Assembly (NCBI GenBank): GCA_051306005.1
Contig: JBPPMJ010000003.1
Span: 329,171 to 393,170 of the forward strand
Source of the DNA: Minisyncoccota bacterium
GTDB taxonomy: Bacteria; Patescibacteriota; Minisyncoccia; Moranbacterales; UBA1568
DNA: 64,000 bases
Direction: 5' to 3'
Position numbers and translations under genes: made by a program. Of this stretch, positions 20,376 to 30,063 are shown in pieces (position 1 is the stretch's first letter; each line of letters opens with the position of its first letter). Under the pieces are notes generated by a model. It was not told the DNA's origin, did no database searches, and was given only the letters and a program-made list of their open reading frames with translations.

Positions 20376-20416
20376 AAAAAAAGAGAGAGATGGATACCCA
20401 TCTTTCTCTTTTTTGC
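20376..20416. terminator. Intrinsic terminator downstream of rseP (minus strand). Its sequence is symmetric, so it could act in either direction.
   Basis: aaaaa-aagagagagatgg-atac-ccatctttctctt-ttttt hairpin with flanking A and T runs. Confidence 0.55.
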
Positions 20417-20452
20417 ATCACATAATTACGTTTCATTTCAAGTCTCTCAACC

Positions 20453-21610
20453 TTACATTGAGAAAAAAAGACTGCCAAACTTTTGAAATAATCCAAAAAC
20501 ACTGAAATCTCGAATAGTAATAATTAGCATTAATAGCAATAAAAGCATAAAACCAATTTGATGAATCATGTTTTCTGTGCTTCTACTGATAGGCTTTCCT
20601 TTGATTTTTTCAATCAACACAAACAGAATACGACCACCATCCAAAGCCGGTATTGGTAATATATTGATAATGGCTAGATTGATAGAAAGCAAAGCGGCAA
20701 ACTGCAGAACATAGGCAAGACCAAGATCACTCATCTGCTTGGTTAGATACACGATACCAACCGGGCCAGTCACATCGACTGCGGTGCCTGATTCCAATTG
20801 CAACAGACCAAGAATCATTGTTCCGAAGGCTGCCAAAATAGCCACAGTAATGTTATATGTCGTGAGAAAACCTTGATAGATCGCTTGATACCACGGATAC
20901 GCCACTATGGCTGTTTCTGAAAAAGAAATACCCAAACTTCCTTCATTGGCAGGATATTCAGTACGCGGAATACCAGTCAAAGTCATTTCCTTATCAAGGC
21001 GCTTGATACGCATATCCAAAGACTGACCCCTGTGCTTCATAATGATATCACTTATCTGTTGCAAAGATGTAATATCCTCTCCAGCGATCATCACCACTTC
21101 ATCTCCCAACTGCAATCCCATCATTTCAGCTGGAGTATTCTTCTTTACTTCCAAGATCTGAATTTTAGCATCGGGATATTGAGCACGTTCAGAAGAATCA
21201 ATAGGTTGTGACAATCCCAGAGTCAAAACAATAGAAACAAGAACCCATGCCAACAACATATTCATCACAACCCCTGCCCCCAATACCTTGACTCGCACCC
21301 ATGCCGATTGATGCGCAAAACTATCAATATCCGTATTCTGCCCATCTTCACCTTTGATTCTGACAAATCCGCCCAACGGTAACCAGTTGAATGAATAGAC
21401 GGTATGTGGTCCATCACTATTCTTCGCCCCCCACACAATGCGCCATTTCCCCACCTGTCTATCCCGATATAATCCAACAAAACGAGGCGGAAAACCAAAG
21501 CCAAACTCATCTACCTTAATGCCATTGCGTCGAGCCACGACGAAATGTCCCAATTCATGCACAAGTACCAATAATCCCAATAAAACAATGAAAATCAGCG
21601 CAGTCAGCAT
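20453..21610 (-). CDS. rseP: RIP metalloprotease RseP (site-2 protease, M50 family with PDZ)
   Basis: HELGHFVVAR zinc motif near the N-terminus, a PDZ segment (GLQLGDEVVMIAGEDI) and the C-terminal LDGG motif (NILPIPALDGGRILF). Confidence 0.85.
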   Translation of the reverse strand: MLTALIFIVLLGLLVLVHELGHFVVARRNGIKVDEFGFGFPPRFVGLYRDRQVGKWRIVWGAKNSDGPHTVYSFNWLPLGGFVRIKGEDGQNTDIDSFAHQSAWVRVKVLGAGVVMNMLLAWVLVSIVLTLGLSQPIDSSERAQYPDAKIQILEVKKNTPAEMMGLQLGDEVVMIAGEDITSLQQISDIIMKHRGQSLDMRIKRLDKEMTLTGIPRTEYPANEGSLGISFSETAIVAYPWYQAIYQGFLTTYNITVAILAAFGTMILGLLQLESGTAVDVTGPVGIVYLTKQMSDLGLAYVLQFAALLSINLAIINILPIPALDGGRILFVLIEKIKGKPISRSTENMIHQIGFMLLLLLMLIITIRDFSVFGLFQKFGSLFFSM

Positions 21611-21635
21611 ATGGGTATTTCTTTATAGCGATAAA

Positions 21636-22193
21636 TTACAACGTCATAATTTCTTCTTCTTTCTTTTTACGCATCATTTCCAATGTTTGATTGTATTCAT
21701 CAACAACCTTCTGAAGCTCTTCTTTCCCTTGAAACTTATCATCTTCGGCTATTTCTCCGGCATGTTCCTTATCTTGAATAGTTTTCCATATTTCCTCTCG
21801 AATAGAACGTAAAGCGATACGTGCATCTTCCGTACGGTTATTGAGTGTTTTGACCAATTCCCTCCTTCTGTCTTCGGTCAACGCCGGCAAAGTGATACGA
21901 ATAGATTGACCATCATTGCTCGGATTGAGACCTAAATCAGATTCACGAATAGCAGATTCAATAGCTATTAATCCATCCTTGTCCCAAGGTTGAATCAAAA
22001 TTTGACGAGCTTCAGGGATATTGATACTCGCCATCTGTTGCAGTGGTGTCTTGACGCCATAATAATCCACTGGCAAGTTCTCTACTAAACCGGGATTGGC
22101 GCGACCCGTACGAATCTTGGCAGATTCCATCGAAAAATGTTCTACTGCGGCATCAAAATCTTTTTTCTTTTCCGACAACAAGGCTTTTATCAT
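21636..22193 (-). CDS. frr: Ribosome recycling factor
   Basis: 185 aa, with MIKALLSEKKKDFDAAVEHF...IRTGRANPGLVENLPVDYYG, a canonical RRF sequence. Confidence 0.9.
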   Translation of the reverse strand: MIKALLSEKKKDFDAAVEHFSMESAKIRTGRANPGLVENLPVDYYGVKTPLQQMASINIPEARQILIQPWDKDGLIAIESAIRESDLGLNPSNDGQSIRITLPALTEDRRRELVKTLNNRTEDARIALRSIREEIWKTIQDKEHAGEIAEDDKFQGKEELQKVVDEYNQTLEMMRKKKEEEIMTL

Positions 22194-22280
22194 ACAATTC
22201 CTTTAACGATAAATATATTTTTAGTATACCTCATATCTTTCTCTCTGTGAACCATGCACATTTCTGATGAACATGCTGAT

Positions 22281-23426
22281 TCAGTACTTACGCAGTGTAA
22301 AATATAACGTATTCGGATGAGAAGGTATGTAAGTAAGAAAGCTCACACCACGATCAATATCCAATTTCGTCGTTGACCAGCGCAAACCTCCATCAACAGA
22401 ACGATAAAAAGCCTGACCTGCAATATAAACGATTTCATTAGATTGTGTAGGATGAATAGCAATCGCACGCACTGGAAATTTTTTGGAACTTTCGATAATA
22501 TCCAATGCTTCCCAACTTAGTCCATTGTCGCGACTTCGAAAAATTCCTTTTTTAGCCCCTGCATACATCGTGCCCGATACAGAAGGATCCAGGGCAACTG
22601 TTGTCATGCCATCTGGTGTTCCTCCATACTTTGATCCCAATGTTCGTGTTGATTGAGTGGTAGATCGAACATTTTCCGGTGTTCCCTGTAATTTTTCTAC
22701 TCCTCTATTCCAAGTGTTGCCTCCATCCATGGAAATGCTCACGCCTTGATTTGGAACAAACAAAATAATTTTTTGTGCATTTCCTTTTTCAAAGAGTATT
22801 TTAGTCACTGGTCCATATGCTACGCCAATATTATCCCACGTCGCTCCTCCATTGATACTTTTCATCAAAGCACCAGAACTACTCCCAACATAAACAACAT
22901 CTGTGATGTCTGGACTGACACTGACAGCTGTTATAACCACATCTTTACCGGGTTCGGTGTAAGTTTCTTTCCAATTTTTTCCTGCGTCATCAGAACGATA
23001 CAACTTGGCAACACCATCATAAACACCACTAGCATAGATTTGCTCACTCATCTCCCGTCCCAATGCCACGCCATAATTCTTGAGTGGTGGAAAAATTACC
23101 TGTTCCCAACGTTCACCTCCATTCATCGTTTTGAACAACCCATTTCCAAGCGTACCCATATATATCATGTCAGGATTCTTTTCATCCACCACAAATGATA
23201 CAATATCTGCAGAAGATATCTTGCGCGTCTCATCAACCATAATTTTTGACACAAATGTTTGTCCGCTATCAAAGGATTTCCATACACTCCCACTGGAAGC
23301 ACTAGTCTTCAAAGGAAGATTGATACTGCATCCAGACAATAATAATAAAGACATCCCTACGAACATTGTCTTTCCAAAATACATAAATTGTCTCAAATGA
23401 GGAATTATCATAGTATAGTATAGCAC
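22281..23426 (-). CDS. BNR/Asp-box repeat lipoprotein (Ycf48/sialidase-like beta-propeller). The true start may be the internal Met at MYFGKTMFVG.
   Basis: Lipobox MSLLLLSGC. Multiple Asp-box-like repeats: SDDAGKNW, SINGGATW, SMDGGNTW, SRDNGLSW, SVDGGLRW. Confidence 0.6.
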   Translation of the reverse strand: MLYYTMIIPHLRQFMYFGKTMFVGMSLLLLSGCSINLPLKTSASSGSVWKSFDSGQTFVSKIMVDETRKISSADIVSFVVDEKNPDMIYMGTLGNGLFKTMNGGERWEQVIFPPLKNYGVALGREMSEQIYASGVYDGVAKLYRSDDAGKNWKETYTEPGKDVVITAVSVSPDITDVVYVGSSSGALMKSINGGATWDNIGVAYGPVTKILFEKGNAQKIILFVPNQGVSISMDGGNTWNRGVEKLQGTPENVRSTTQSTRTLGSKYGGTPDGMTTVALDPSVSGTMYAGAKKGIFRSRDNGLSWEALDIIESSKKFPVRAIAIHPTQSNEIVYIAGQAFYRSVDGGLRWSTTKLDIDRGVSFLTYIPSHPNTLYFTLRKY

Positions 23427-23608
23427 AAAAACGTATGCTAATACCTTACACTATGAAGATAGCAGATAGGTATACATACTACTCCACCATGCTATCAGAC
23501 TTGACTCTTTCGCTGATATTCATTAAAATAAGCACTGTTATCCTTTCAAAAAATATCTTCTGGATACTGGGAGTCAGTACTTTGAATAAATTTGAAAAGA
23601 TACAGCTC

Positions 23609-23684
23609 GGGTCGTTAGCTCAGTTGGTAGAGCAGTGGCCTTTTAAGCCAACGGTCGCAGGTTCGAATCCTGCACGACCCACCA
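23609..23684 (+). tRNA. tRNA-Lys (anticodon UUU), including the encoded CCA
   Basis: GGGTCGTTAGCTCAGTTGGTAGAGCAGTGGCCTTTTAAGCCAACGGTCGCAGGTTCGAATCCTGCACGACCCACCA. It is near-identical to canonical bacterial tRNA-Lys(UUU), with compensatory changes in the anticodon stem. The anticodon loop is CTTTTAA. Confidence 0.9.
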
Positions 23685-23704
23685 AAATCTGACTTTCAGA
23701 AAAT
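23680..23704. repeat. 25-bp inverted repeat, copy A. It overlaps the last 5 nt of tRNA-Lys.
   Basis: caccaaaatctgactttcagaaaat. Its exact reverse complement is found at 24553-24577. Confidence 0.8.
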
Positions 23705-23814
23705 TGACCGACTTTTTCGTTGGTGGTAGCAAAGCGCCACCCGAGCGTTTTTCCCCGACAAATCTGCTCGGCGTGGTGAGCCACGCCTCGCGGTTGGCCA
23801 AGACGAGATTCGAG

Positions 23815-24547
23815 TCAGCTAGTCCGCTTTTGTTCAATCCGCGCCATTTGTTCTTTCAGCGACTTCTTTTCGGAAAGGAGTTTTGCTTTTTCTGTGCGGT
23901 AAATTTCCCGCTCAATATCCTGTTCCAAATAGCCGTCAAGAAGTCGCTGGAGTTTTGTTTGTATGGTGCGGATTCTTGTTTCTGATTCCTGAACAAAAGC
24001 GGTTGTGGCTTGAGTTTTGATTTCTTGGTAGTGGTAATAGACATACTCGTGTACATTGCCGTTCTTTTGCTTTTTCACCTTGTATTCGCCAAGTTATCAT
24101 CATTCGGCATGAGGCGCAGGAAAGCAGACCGCAAAACGCTCGCGGTTCATTCTTTTGTTTATGGTGCGGACGGCCTCGCTGTTGCAAAACCTCCTGCGCC
24201 TTGTCAAAAATTTTCTTTGAGACGACTGGTTGGTGCTTGCTCTCGTGGATTTCACCGCCATAGCGTCTGTCTCAGTGGAGTCGCTTGCCGTTTTTGGAAT
24301 GGATACCGAATTGTGCCAAAAAGTTTGAGATGTCTTCAAGTCGGCTTCCATTTTTTGCGTACAGCTTAAAAGCCTTGCGAATGAGTGGGGTGCGTTTCTT
24401 GTCCACGACCACCGTTTTTGTCCGCACATCGTTGATGTATCCGATTAGGGCAAGACAGAGATACTCTCCGTGCCTCACTTTTTGGCACAATCCACGCTTG
24501 CTTGGTACTCTCGGCAAGCGAATCCACATAGTATTTGCTTTGCCCAA
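23815..24547 (-). pseudogene. Degraded large serine recombinase. Only the recombinase and coiled-coil regions remain, split across at least two frames, and there is no N-terminal catalytic domain.
   Basis: The ORF at 24272-24547 reads VVVDKKRTPLIRKAFKLYAKNGSRLEDISNFLAQFGIHSKNGKRL, which is the recombinase-domain signature of large serine recombinases. The ORF at 23815-24078 reads GNVHEYVYYHYQ...LQRLLDGYLEQDIEREIYRTEKAKLLSEKKSLKEQ, a degenerate zinc ribbon plus coiled-coil. The two pieces are in different frames. Confidence 0.55.
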
Positions 24548-24552
24548 AAGCG

Positions 24553-24577
24553 ATTTTCTGAAAGTCAGATTTTGGTG
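24553..24577. repeat. 25-bp inverted repeat, copy B
   Basis: gattttctgaaagtcagattttggtg is the reverse complement of 23680-23704. Confidence 0.8.
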
Positions 24578-24705
24578 TGTCTTTACAGTTTAGCTCAAAC
24601 TCATTTTATTCGAAATTCCTGATCGAAACCAGACCGCGGAATTCCCACACACACCTCTCCGCCGTGTTTTTGTGGGGACGGGACGGAATTTTTGGCGGAC
24701 GGAAA

Positions 24706-27700
24706 CTACACAGTCGCTTCTACGTTCTGTCTATTTTCAAAACGTACAAAATAGAAATCTTCGTCGCCAAGATAAGCTGGCAATTTTTCGTTTTTCGTCA
24801 AATGAAAACCCTTACTTCCAAACCATTTTCTAATTCGTTCGTTCATGAGCAAAGCATAGGAAGTACTTGCCCGTGCTTCCGCTTCAATAGGTACGCCATA
24901 TGCAGAAGCGATATCAAGAACCCTCTCCATCATTTTACGAGCAATCGGTGATCCTCTAAATTTTGGCATAACTACCATATCGTACACATGAGCAACTCGC
25001 TCGCCACTTTGCACTTCAGATTCTTCTGGCAAAACTAAAAGATATCCAGCCACTTCTTGGCCTTGACGAACCACGAAACTTGAAGCGGCTCCGGGTATTT
25101 CTAAATCTCTCTGTTTTTGTAATATTTCTGCAATATACGCCTTGCCTTGTGCCATGCCTTCGGGATAAGCTTCTGCTTCCATTTTTGCGATGAGCTCCGC
25201 ATCTCTTTCCGAGAGATTTGCAAATGTTACTACTTTATCCATTGACTCAACACCACGACGTTTAGGAAGGTCGTAAATCTGTGAACCAGTGGCATCGGAA
25301 TAAGAAAGACGGGTTTTTGCTTGATAATGATTTTGTTCCAATTTTCCTCCAGGCGGGATTAAATCAGAATAACCTGTGCCAACCTTTACTGGCTTACTGG
25401 TATATTCCGTCCAAAAAGTCTCATATACATTCGAAAGCAACGACGAAAGATTTTTGTAGTTATTAGCGACTTCGATGTTATCTAGCACAACGACATCTTC
25501 ATCTATTTCTCTGTCGCGAGAATCAACCACAACCGATTGCGCAATAATTCTCCCGTTGTATTTAATCGTAAAGTATTGAGTGGAATGATTGAACATATAA
25601 TCGTCATTGTTAGAAGCACCGAACGGCATACAACAATCAGTGTAATTGCCACATACCCATCCTTCGGGGTCGGATTTGGCATGTATCTGCGCTTCAACAA
25701 TCGGCCCAACATCAACCTGTTGCTCGCGAAGTAGCCGGATTACATCTTCCTCTAAATCTGTTGGCACTGAATTGAGCAAATCAAGCGCAGTCATTTTCTT
25801 TTCACCGAGTTCTCTACCTTTTACTAACTGATTCAAAGAGTGGAATAATCCTTTTGAGTCTTTTGCTGTTCCTCTAATCTTTTGTTTATGAGAACCTAAG
25901 CCCTCGCGTAATGCTTCAGTGAGTGTTCGTCCAGCAAAGGTTCTTGAGTGGGGGGTAAATGGCTGTTCCTTGTCTAGCTTTCCTTCAATTAAATCTTGAA
26001 AATCAGCTCGTCTACGCATTGATTCAAGTGCCGCAAGATTAAATCCTGGGGCTGATGTAATTTCTAATAATTCCGGTGGGAATTTTGAGAGATCAATATT
26101 TGATTCAATCGCGAAAATGCGTTTTTTGAGCTCACGTAACGATTGGACGGGACCACTGCTTTGCAGAGGATCACTTTCTTTGTCGTATCTCGGCAAGAGA
26201 TTAACGAATTCTTGATTATCGTCCATCGTTTCAATACTCAAAAGAATGGACTTCGCATCTCCGGCCTCAAGTTTCTGAATGTTAGGGCTCCACAGAAGTA
26301 CATCGTGCCAATTCGCAATACGCCCGTCTGCTTCGCGAGTTGTATTGAAGCGCAAGAGATAATTTTGCATTGTGACACCACCGACATGCTCTGCGGCACC
26401 TTTATACCAGCCACGTACTTCTTCCGTTTGGGTTCCAAGACAAATGCGAAAATCCAAATCTTGTTTTCTTTTCGGTGTTTCTTTGAAAACTTTATCCCAT
26501 TCTTTACCCTCGTTGCTTGCACGCCATTCGGCATATTTTGTTAAACCATTCGGGTCGAGCAAAACATAATCGCTCGCGTATTCGTAATAAAGATTTATTT
26601 CTTCCGGTGAAACTGCCTTGCGCCAATCGACCGGCCAATCTTCGGTAGCAAATTCAAGATCGTTTTTAACTTGTCCGTCGATTACTCCTTCAAGATAACG
26701 CTGTTTATCATATGCCAAAGCCACACCACGAATATCATTCCCTTGTTCTAACACTTGAATAATAAGACCGAGTGTCGCAGGTTTTCCTTTACCTTTCTGC
26801 TCTCCATAACGATCCTCGGAACCTTGCCCCAAGAGAGCAACAATTAAGTTCTTTTGTTTTTTCAGGTACTCATTTAACTTTTCTTTGGAGACATCAGCTT
26901 TGGTCAAATCATATCTATCCCAATTCACATATTGATCGTGCCAATAAAAACGGTTTTCTTCTGTGCGATTTGGATTTTGCATCCAAACTTGTTTAGCTAA
27001 CCAATACATCCGCTTGCCTTCTTGGAATTGGTCTCTCGCGCCCCGCACACCCAAAAGTTCAAGCCAATGCTTGTCTTCTGCTTTCGCACCGAGCTTCGCT
27101 CGTGCTTGCTCAATTTGTGTTTTATTTCTTTCTGCCAAATATCGCCACAGGCCGGAACGCTCCAGCGTATTTGCCTGATGAAGTTGTTTTTTAAGTTGAT
27201 CCGGTTCAAATTTAGAAATGTCGTATTTCATGATTTTGAGCGTTTCAAAGCCAGTCATTTGTTCTGATACATTTCTTTCATCTGCCCCTAAAACTTGTTG
27301 AGCGCGTTCTACGCCAACAATTTTAATAAAATCGTAGAGTTGGTGGTCTGGGTAAAAGTAGGGACTACCACGACCTCTTTTAGAACGCGCACGATCAAAT
27401 AATTCTTCTGCTTGTGGGTCATTTTCCACTGCCCTTACTGCAAGGATCGCTTTGACTCCCGAGCGCGCCTCTGAAATAACCGATGCCCTGTCTAAGCTAC
27501 CACCAATTCCAATAATCACTGGCTTTCGATAAAAATCAGAGTAAACAAAATCAAGCGAAACACCTTCTTTTTCTTGTTCTGTTGGCTCTCTAAGTAATCT
27601 GTTTAATCTTGATGCATTTTGATCAAATGACTGATAATCTTTTTCAGGATCATCGCTCACAAAACCATACTTTTTTGCGATCTTATCAAAATTAAAATGT

Positions 27701-28578
27701 AAATGATCCCTAACTTTGCGAGTAGGTACTGCACCGAGCACCAACGCCTTATCTTTCGGGTTTTTCGCAAGGCGTCTTGCGAGACTTTGCGCTGATTGTT
27801 CTTGTGCCTGCTTTGCTACTGCTCGGTGTTGCTCATAATCAAGATATTCCACGCCCAGCTCTTGTTTCGCGGTTTCGTAAAGCTCTCTCTGGATATTTTC
27901 AAAATCTGTATTAGAAATAGCTGAAAGATTTTCCTTAATTCTTTCTATTTGTTGTTTTGCTGTTTGGATAAATGGAGTGGCATTGGTAATATTGCCCTCG
28001 TCCATTTTCTTTTCTTCTTCATTCCAAACTCGCATACCGAAGTCATTGACGCACAGATAGCGATTTTTTGATTTGAGATAATATCTATGAGGAATACTTC
28101 CGCCAGATCGTCCCGTTTCTCTTTTTGAGTCCACCCTTATACTTTCTTTTGCATATGCGAGAACAAGTAAATCGCTTGCGCTAACATCGGCTTGTCTGCC
28201 TTCGGGATAATATTCATCAGTTTGAAAAATTGCTGGTTTGCCGTCTTGTTCGCGAATGTAATAATTTGCCCCAAGTAATCCTATGTCTTTATTAGTGAGA
28301 TCAAGGCTTTGTATTAACTCAGCATAATCTTGCTCTTGCAAAAGCATAGCTGGTAGTAATATTTCAAAATTTCTACCAACAAAACTTTCAATTTCTTTTT
28401 CTACTTCCTCATGGTTGAGTGGTTGTTCTGATCTTTCAACCTCAAAAATATCAGCAAGTTCAGCGTGCATACCCTCCTTGCTTTTTGGCGAAGCCAAATA
28501 CTCGGTAATTCCTTCTTCAATTTTTTGCTTCGCTTGATTCTTTGAAAATTGTTCTGGTGTTGAAAAATTTTCTCGCAT
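24706..28578 (-). CDS. Giant (1290 aa) orphan protein with a C-terminal GNAT N-acetyltransferase domain
   Basis: Uninterrupted 3.9 kb ORF. The last 170 aa or so show the GNAT motif A region (AHVYDMVVMPKFRGSPIARKMMERVLDIASAYG). A Cys-rich patch (GWVCGNYTDCCMPFG) precedes it. The N-terminal 1100 aa, charged and K/E-rich, are unrecognised. Confidence 0.7.
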   Translation of the reverse strand: MRENFSTPEQFSKNQAKQKIEEGITEYLASPKSKEGMHAELADIFEVERSEQPLNHEEVEKEIESFVGRNFEILLPAMLLQEQDYAELIQSLDLTNKDIGLLGANYYIREQDGKPAIFQTDEYYPEGRQADVSASDLLVLAYAKESIRVDSKRETGRSGGSIPHRYYLKSKNRYLCVNDFGMRVWNEEEKKMDEGNITNATPFIQTAKQQIERIKENLSAISNTDFENIQRELYETAKQELGVEYLDYEQHRAVAKQAQEQSAQSLARRLAKNPKDKALVLGAVPTRKVRDHLHFNFDKIAKKYGFVSDDPEKDYQSFDQNASRLNRLLREPTEQEKEGVSLDFVYSDFYRKPVIIGIGGSLDRASVISEARSGVKAILAVRAVENDPQAEELFDRARSKRGRGSPYFYPDHQLYDFIKIVGVERAQQVLGADERNVSEQMTGFETLKIMKYDISKFEPDQLKKQLHQANTLERSGLWRYLAERNKTQIEQARAKLGAKAEDKHWLELLGVRGARDQFQEGKRMYWLAKQVWMQNPNRTEENRFYWHDQYVNWDRYDLTKADVSKEKLNEYLKKQKNLIVALLGQGSEDRYGEQKGKGKPATLGLIIQVLEQGNDIRGVALAYDKQRYLEGVIDGQVKNDLEFATEDWPVDWRKAVSPEEINLYYEYASDYVLLDPNGLTKYAEWRASNEGKEWDKVFKETPKRKQDLDFRICLGTQTEEVRGWYKGAAEHVGGVTMQNYLLRFNTTREADGRIANWHDVLLWSPNIQKLEAGDAKSILLSIETMDDNQEFVNLLPRYDKESDPLQSSGPVQSLRELKKRIFAIESNIDLSKFPPELLEITSAPGFNLAALESMRRRADFQDLIEGKLDKEQPFTPHSRTFAGRTLTEALREGLGSHKQKIRGTAKDSKGLFHSLNQLVKGRELGEKKMTALDLLNSVPTDLEEDVIRLLREQQVDVGPIVEAQIHAKSDPEGWVCGNYTDCCMPFGASNNDDYMFNHSTQYFTIKYNGRIIAQSVVVDSRDREIDEDVVVLDNIEVANNYKNLSSLLSNVYETFWTEYTSKPVKVGTGYSDLIPPGGKLEQNHYQAKTRLSYSDATGSQIYDLPKRRGVESMDKVVTFANLSERDAELIAKMEAEAYPEGMAQGKAYIAEILQKQRDLEIPGAASSFVVRQGQEVAGYLLVLPEESEVQSGERVAHVYDMVVMPKFRGSPIARKMMERVLDIASAYGVPIEAEARASTSYALLMNERIRKWFGSKGFHLTKNEKLPAYLGDEDFYFVRFENRQNVEATV

Positions 28579-28616
28579 ATATTTAAAAAGTTAATCCATT
28601 TTTAAAAAAAAGTATG

Positions 28617-29957
28617 CTACCCACTATGATTCGGTGCAAGAATCACCTCTTTTCCAACAAAAGATCGCAAAACATCTGGCACAATGACACTTCCATCAGC
28701 TTGTTGATAGTTCTCCAAAATAGCGATGAAAATTCGCGGACTCGGCAGTGCTGTGTTATTCATCATATACACATATTGACGTTCTCCCGTTTTGGTATTT
28801 TTGTATTTCACATTAAGACGCCGTGATTGCCAATCCAAGAAGTTCGAAGCGGATCCCGTCTCACCATAACGATTCATACCTGGCATCCACGCCTCCAGAT
28901 CAAAGGCGCGATACTTACCCGCACTCATATCCCCGGTACAAATTTGTAATTTTCGATAAGGTAACCCTAACTCACGATGCATTTCCTCGGAAATATCAAT
29001 CATCTCATCCTGCAGACGATTCGCACTATCAATATCCGCAGAGGTCAATACCACTTGCTCTACTTTCATAAATTCATGTACACGATACATCCCCTTGGTA
29101 TCTTTGCCATATGAACCTATTTCATTGCGATAACATTGACTAAAGCCGGCTAAACGAATGGGCAATACGCCTTCTTCCAACACTTCCCCAGAATAATATG
29201 CCAACAATGACGGTTCTGCTGTTCCGACCAAAAACTTGGCTTCTTTGGCAGGACTACCATCAGAATCAATATCCCGATTTGCAACCTGGTAAATCTCATC
29301 GATAGTACTGTCATATTCCTTTCCATTGAAATATCCGCTCCCAAATAACGGTCCACCCTTGATCAACGTAGGTGGTATCATCGGTTGATATCCTTTGGCT
29401 ACCATTTTCTGGAGAGCATACATCATAATACCCATCACCAAGAGTGTTCCCTCATTTTTCAGATAATATCCCCGATAACCAGATACTTTGGCGCCACGTT
29501 CCATATCCAAAATATTCAATATTTTTCCAATTTCTAAATGCGTTCGTGGCATGAAATTAAAAATGGGTAACGTACCAAATTTCCCTATCTCAATATTATC
29601 TGCATCTGTCTGACCAATCGGTGTATCAGGTGATACGATATTTGGCACACGTGCCATCAGTGCCTCATATTCTGTCTGTACCTTGTACAAAGATGGTTCT
29701 TTATTATCAATAGCTGATTTGATATCTTTGGCTTTCCCGATAATTTCCGACCGTTCTTCGTCTGTCTGTGCCTGTTGCATCAAGCTGTTGATATCATTTT
29801 TAAGCGACTTTAATTCTTCTACTTCCTGCAAAAGCGCGCTACGTTCTCGATCTTTCGTCAACAAATCTTCTACGCGAAAATCAAGACGTTTAGCCCTTGC
29901 TACCTCGGCGATCTTTTCCTGATTTTCACGAATAAACTGAATATCCAACATACGCAA
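28617..29957 (-). CDS. serS: Serine--tRNA ligase
   Basis: N-terminal coiled-coil (MLDIQFIRENQEKIAEV...) and class II aaRS core motifs (GYRGYYL, FRNEIGSYGKDTKGMYRVHEF, GETGSASN). Confidence 0.9.
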   Translation of the reverse strand: MRMLDIQFIRENQEKIAEVARAKRLDFRVEDLLTKDRERSALLQEVEELKSLKNDINSLMQQAQTDEERSEIIGKAKDIKSAIDNKEPSLYKVQTEYEALMARVPNIVSPDTPIGQTDADNIEIGKFGTLPIFNFMPRTHLEIGKILNILDMERGAKVSGYRGYYLKNEGTLLVMGIMMYALQKMVAKGYQPMIPPTLIKGGPLFGSGYFNGKEYDSTIDEIYQVANRDIDSDGSPAKEAKFLVGTAEPSLLAYYSGEVLEEGVLPIRLAGFSQCYRNEIGSYGKDTKGMYRVHEFMKVEQVVLTSADIDSANRLQDEMIDISEEMHRELGLPYRKLQICTGDMSAGKYRAFDLEAWMPGMNRYGETGSASNFLDWQSRRLNVKYKNTKTGERQYVYMMNNTALPSPRIFIAILENYQQADGSVIVPDVLRSFVGKEVILAPNHSG

Positions 29958-29986
29958 CGTTTTTATAAAAAATCGCTTTAACTTTA

Positions 29987-30063
29987 TGGTGGATGATACT
30001 GGATTCGAACCAGTGACCCCTGCAATGTGAATGCAGTACTCTAACCAGCTGAGCTAATCATCC
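29987..30063 (-). tRNA. tRNA-Val (anticodon CAC), with encoded CCA
   Basis: Reverse complement reads GGATGATTAGCTCAGCTGGTTAGAGTACTGCATTCACATTGCAGGGGTCACTGGTTCGAATCCAGTATCATCCACCA. The anticodon stem CTGCA/TGCAG flanks the loop TTCACAT. Confidence 0.85.

Noticed and set aside
23609-23684. Possibility that the tRNA-Lys is a recent acquisition from Proteobacteria, given near-identity to E. coli lysT
   Set aside because: tRNA-Lys(UUU) is highly conserved across bacteria. The compensatory anticodon-stem changes argue for a native, functional gene rather than a transfer.
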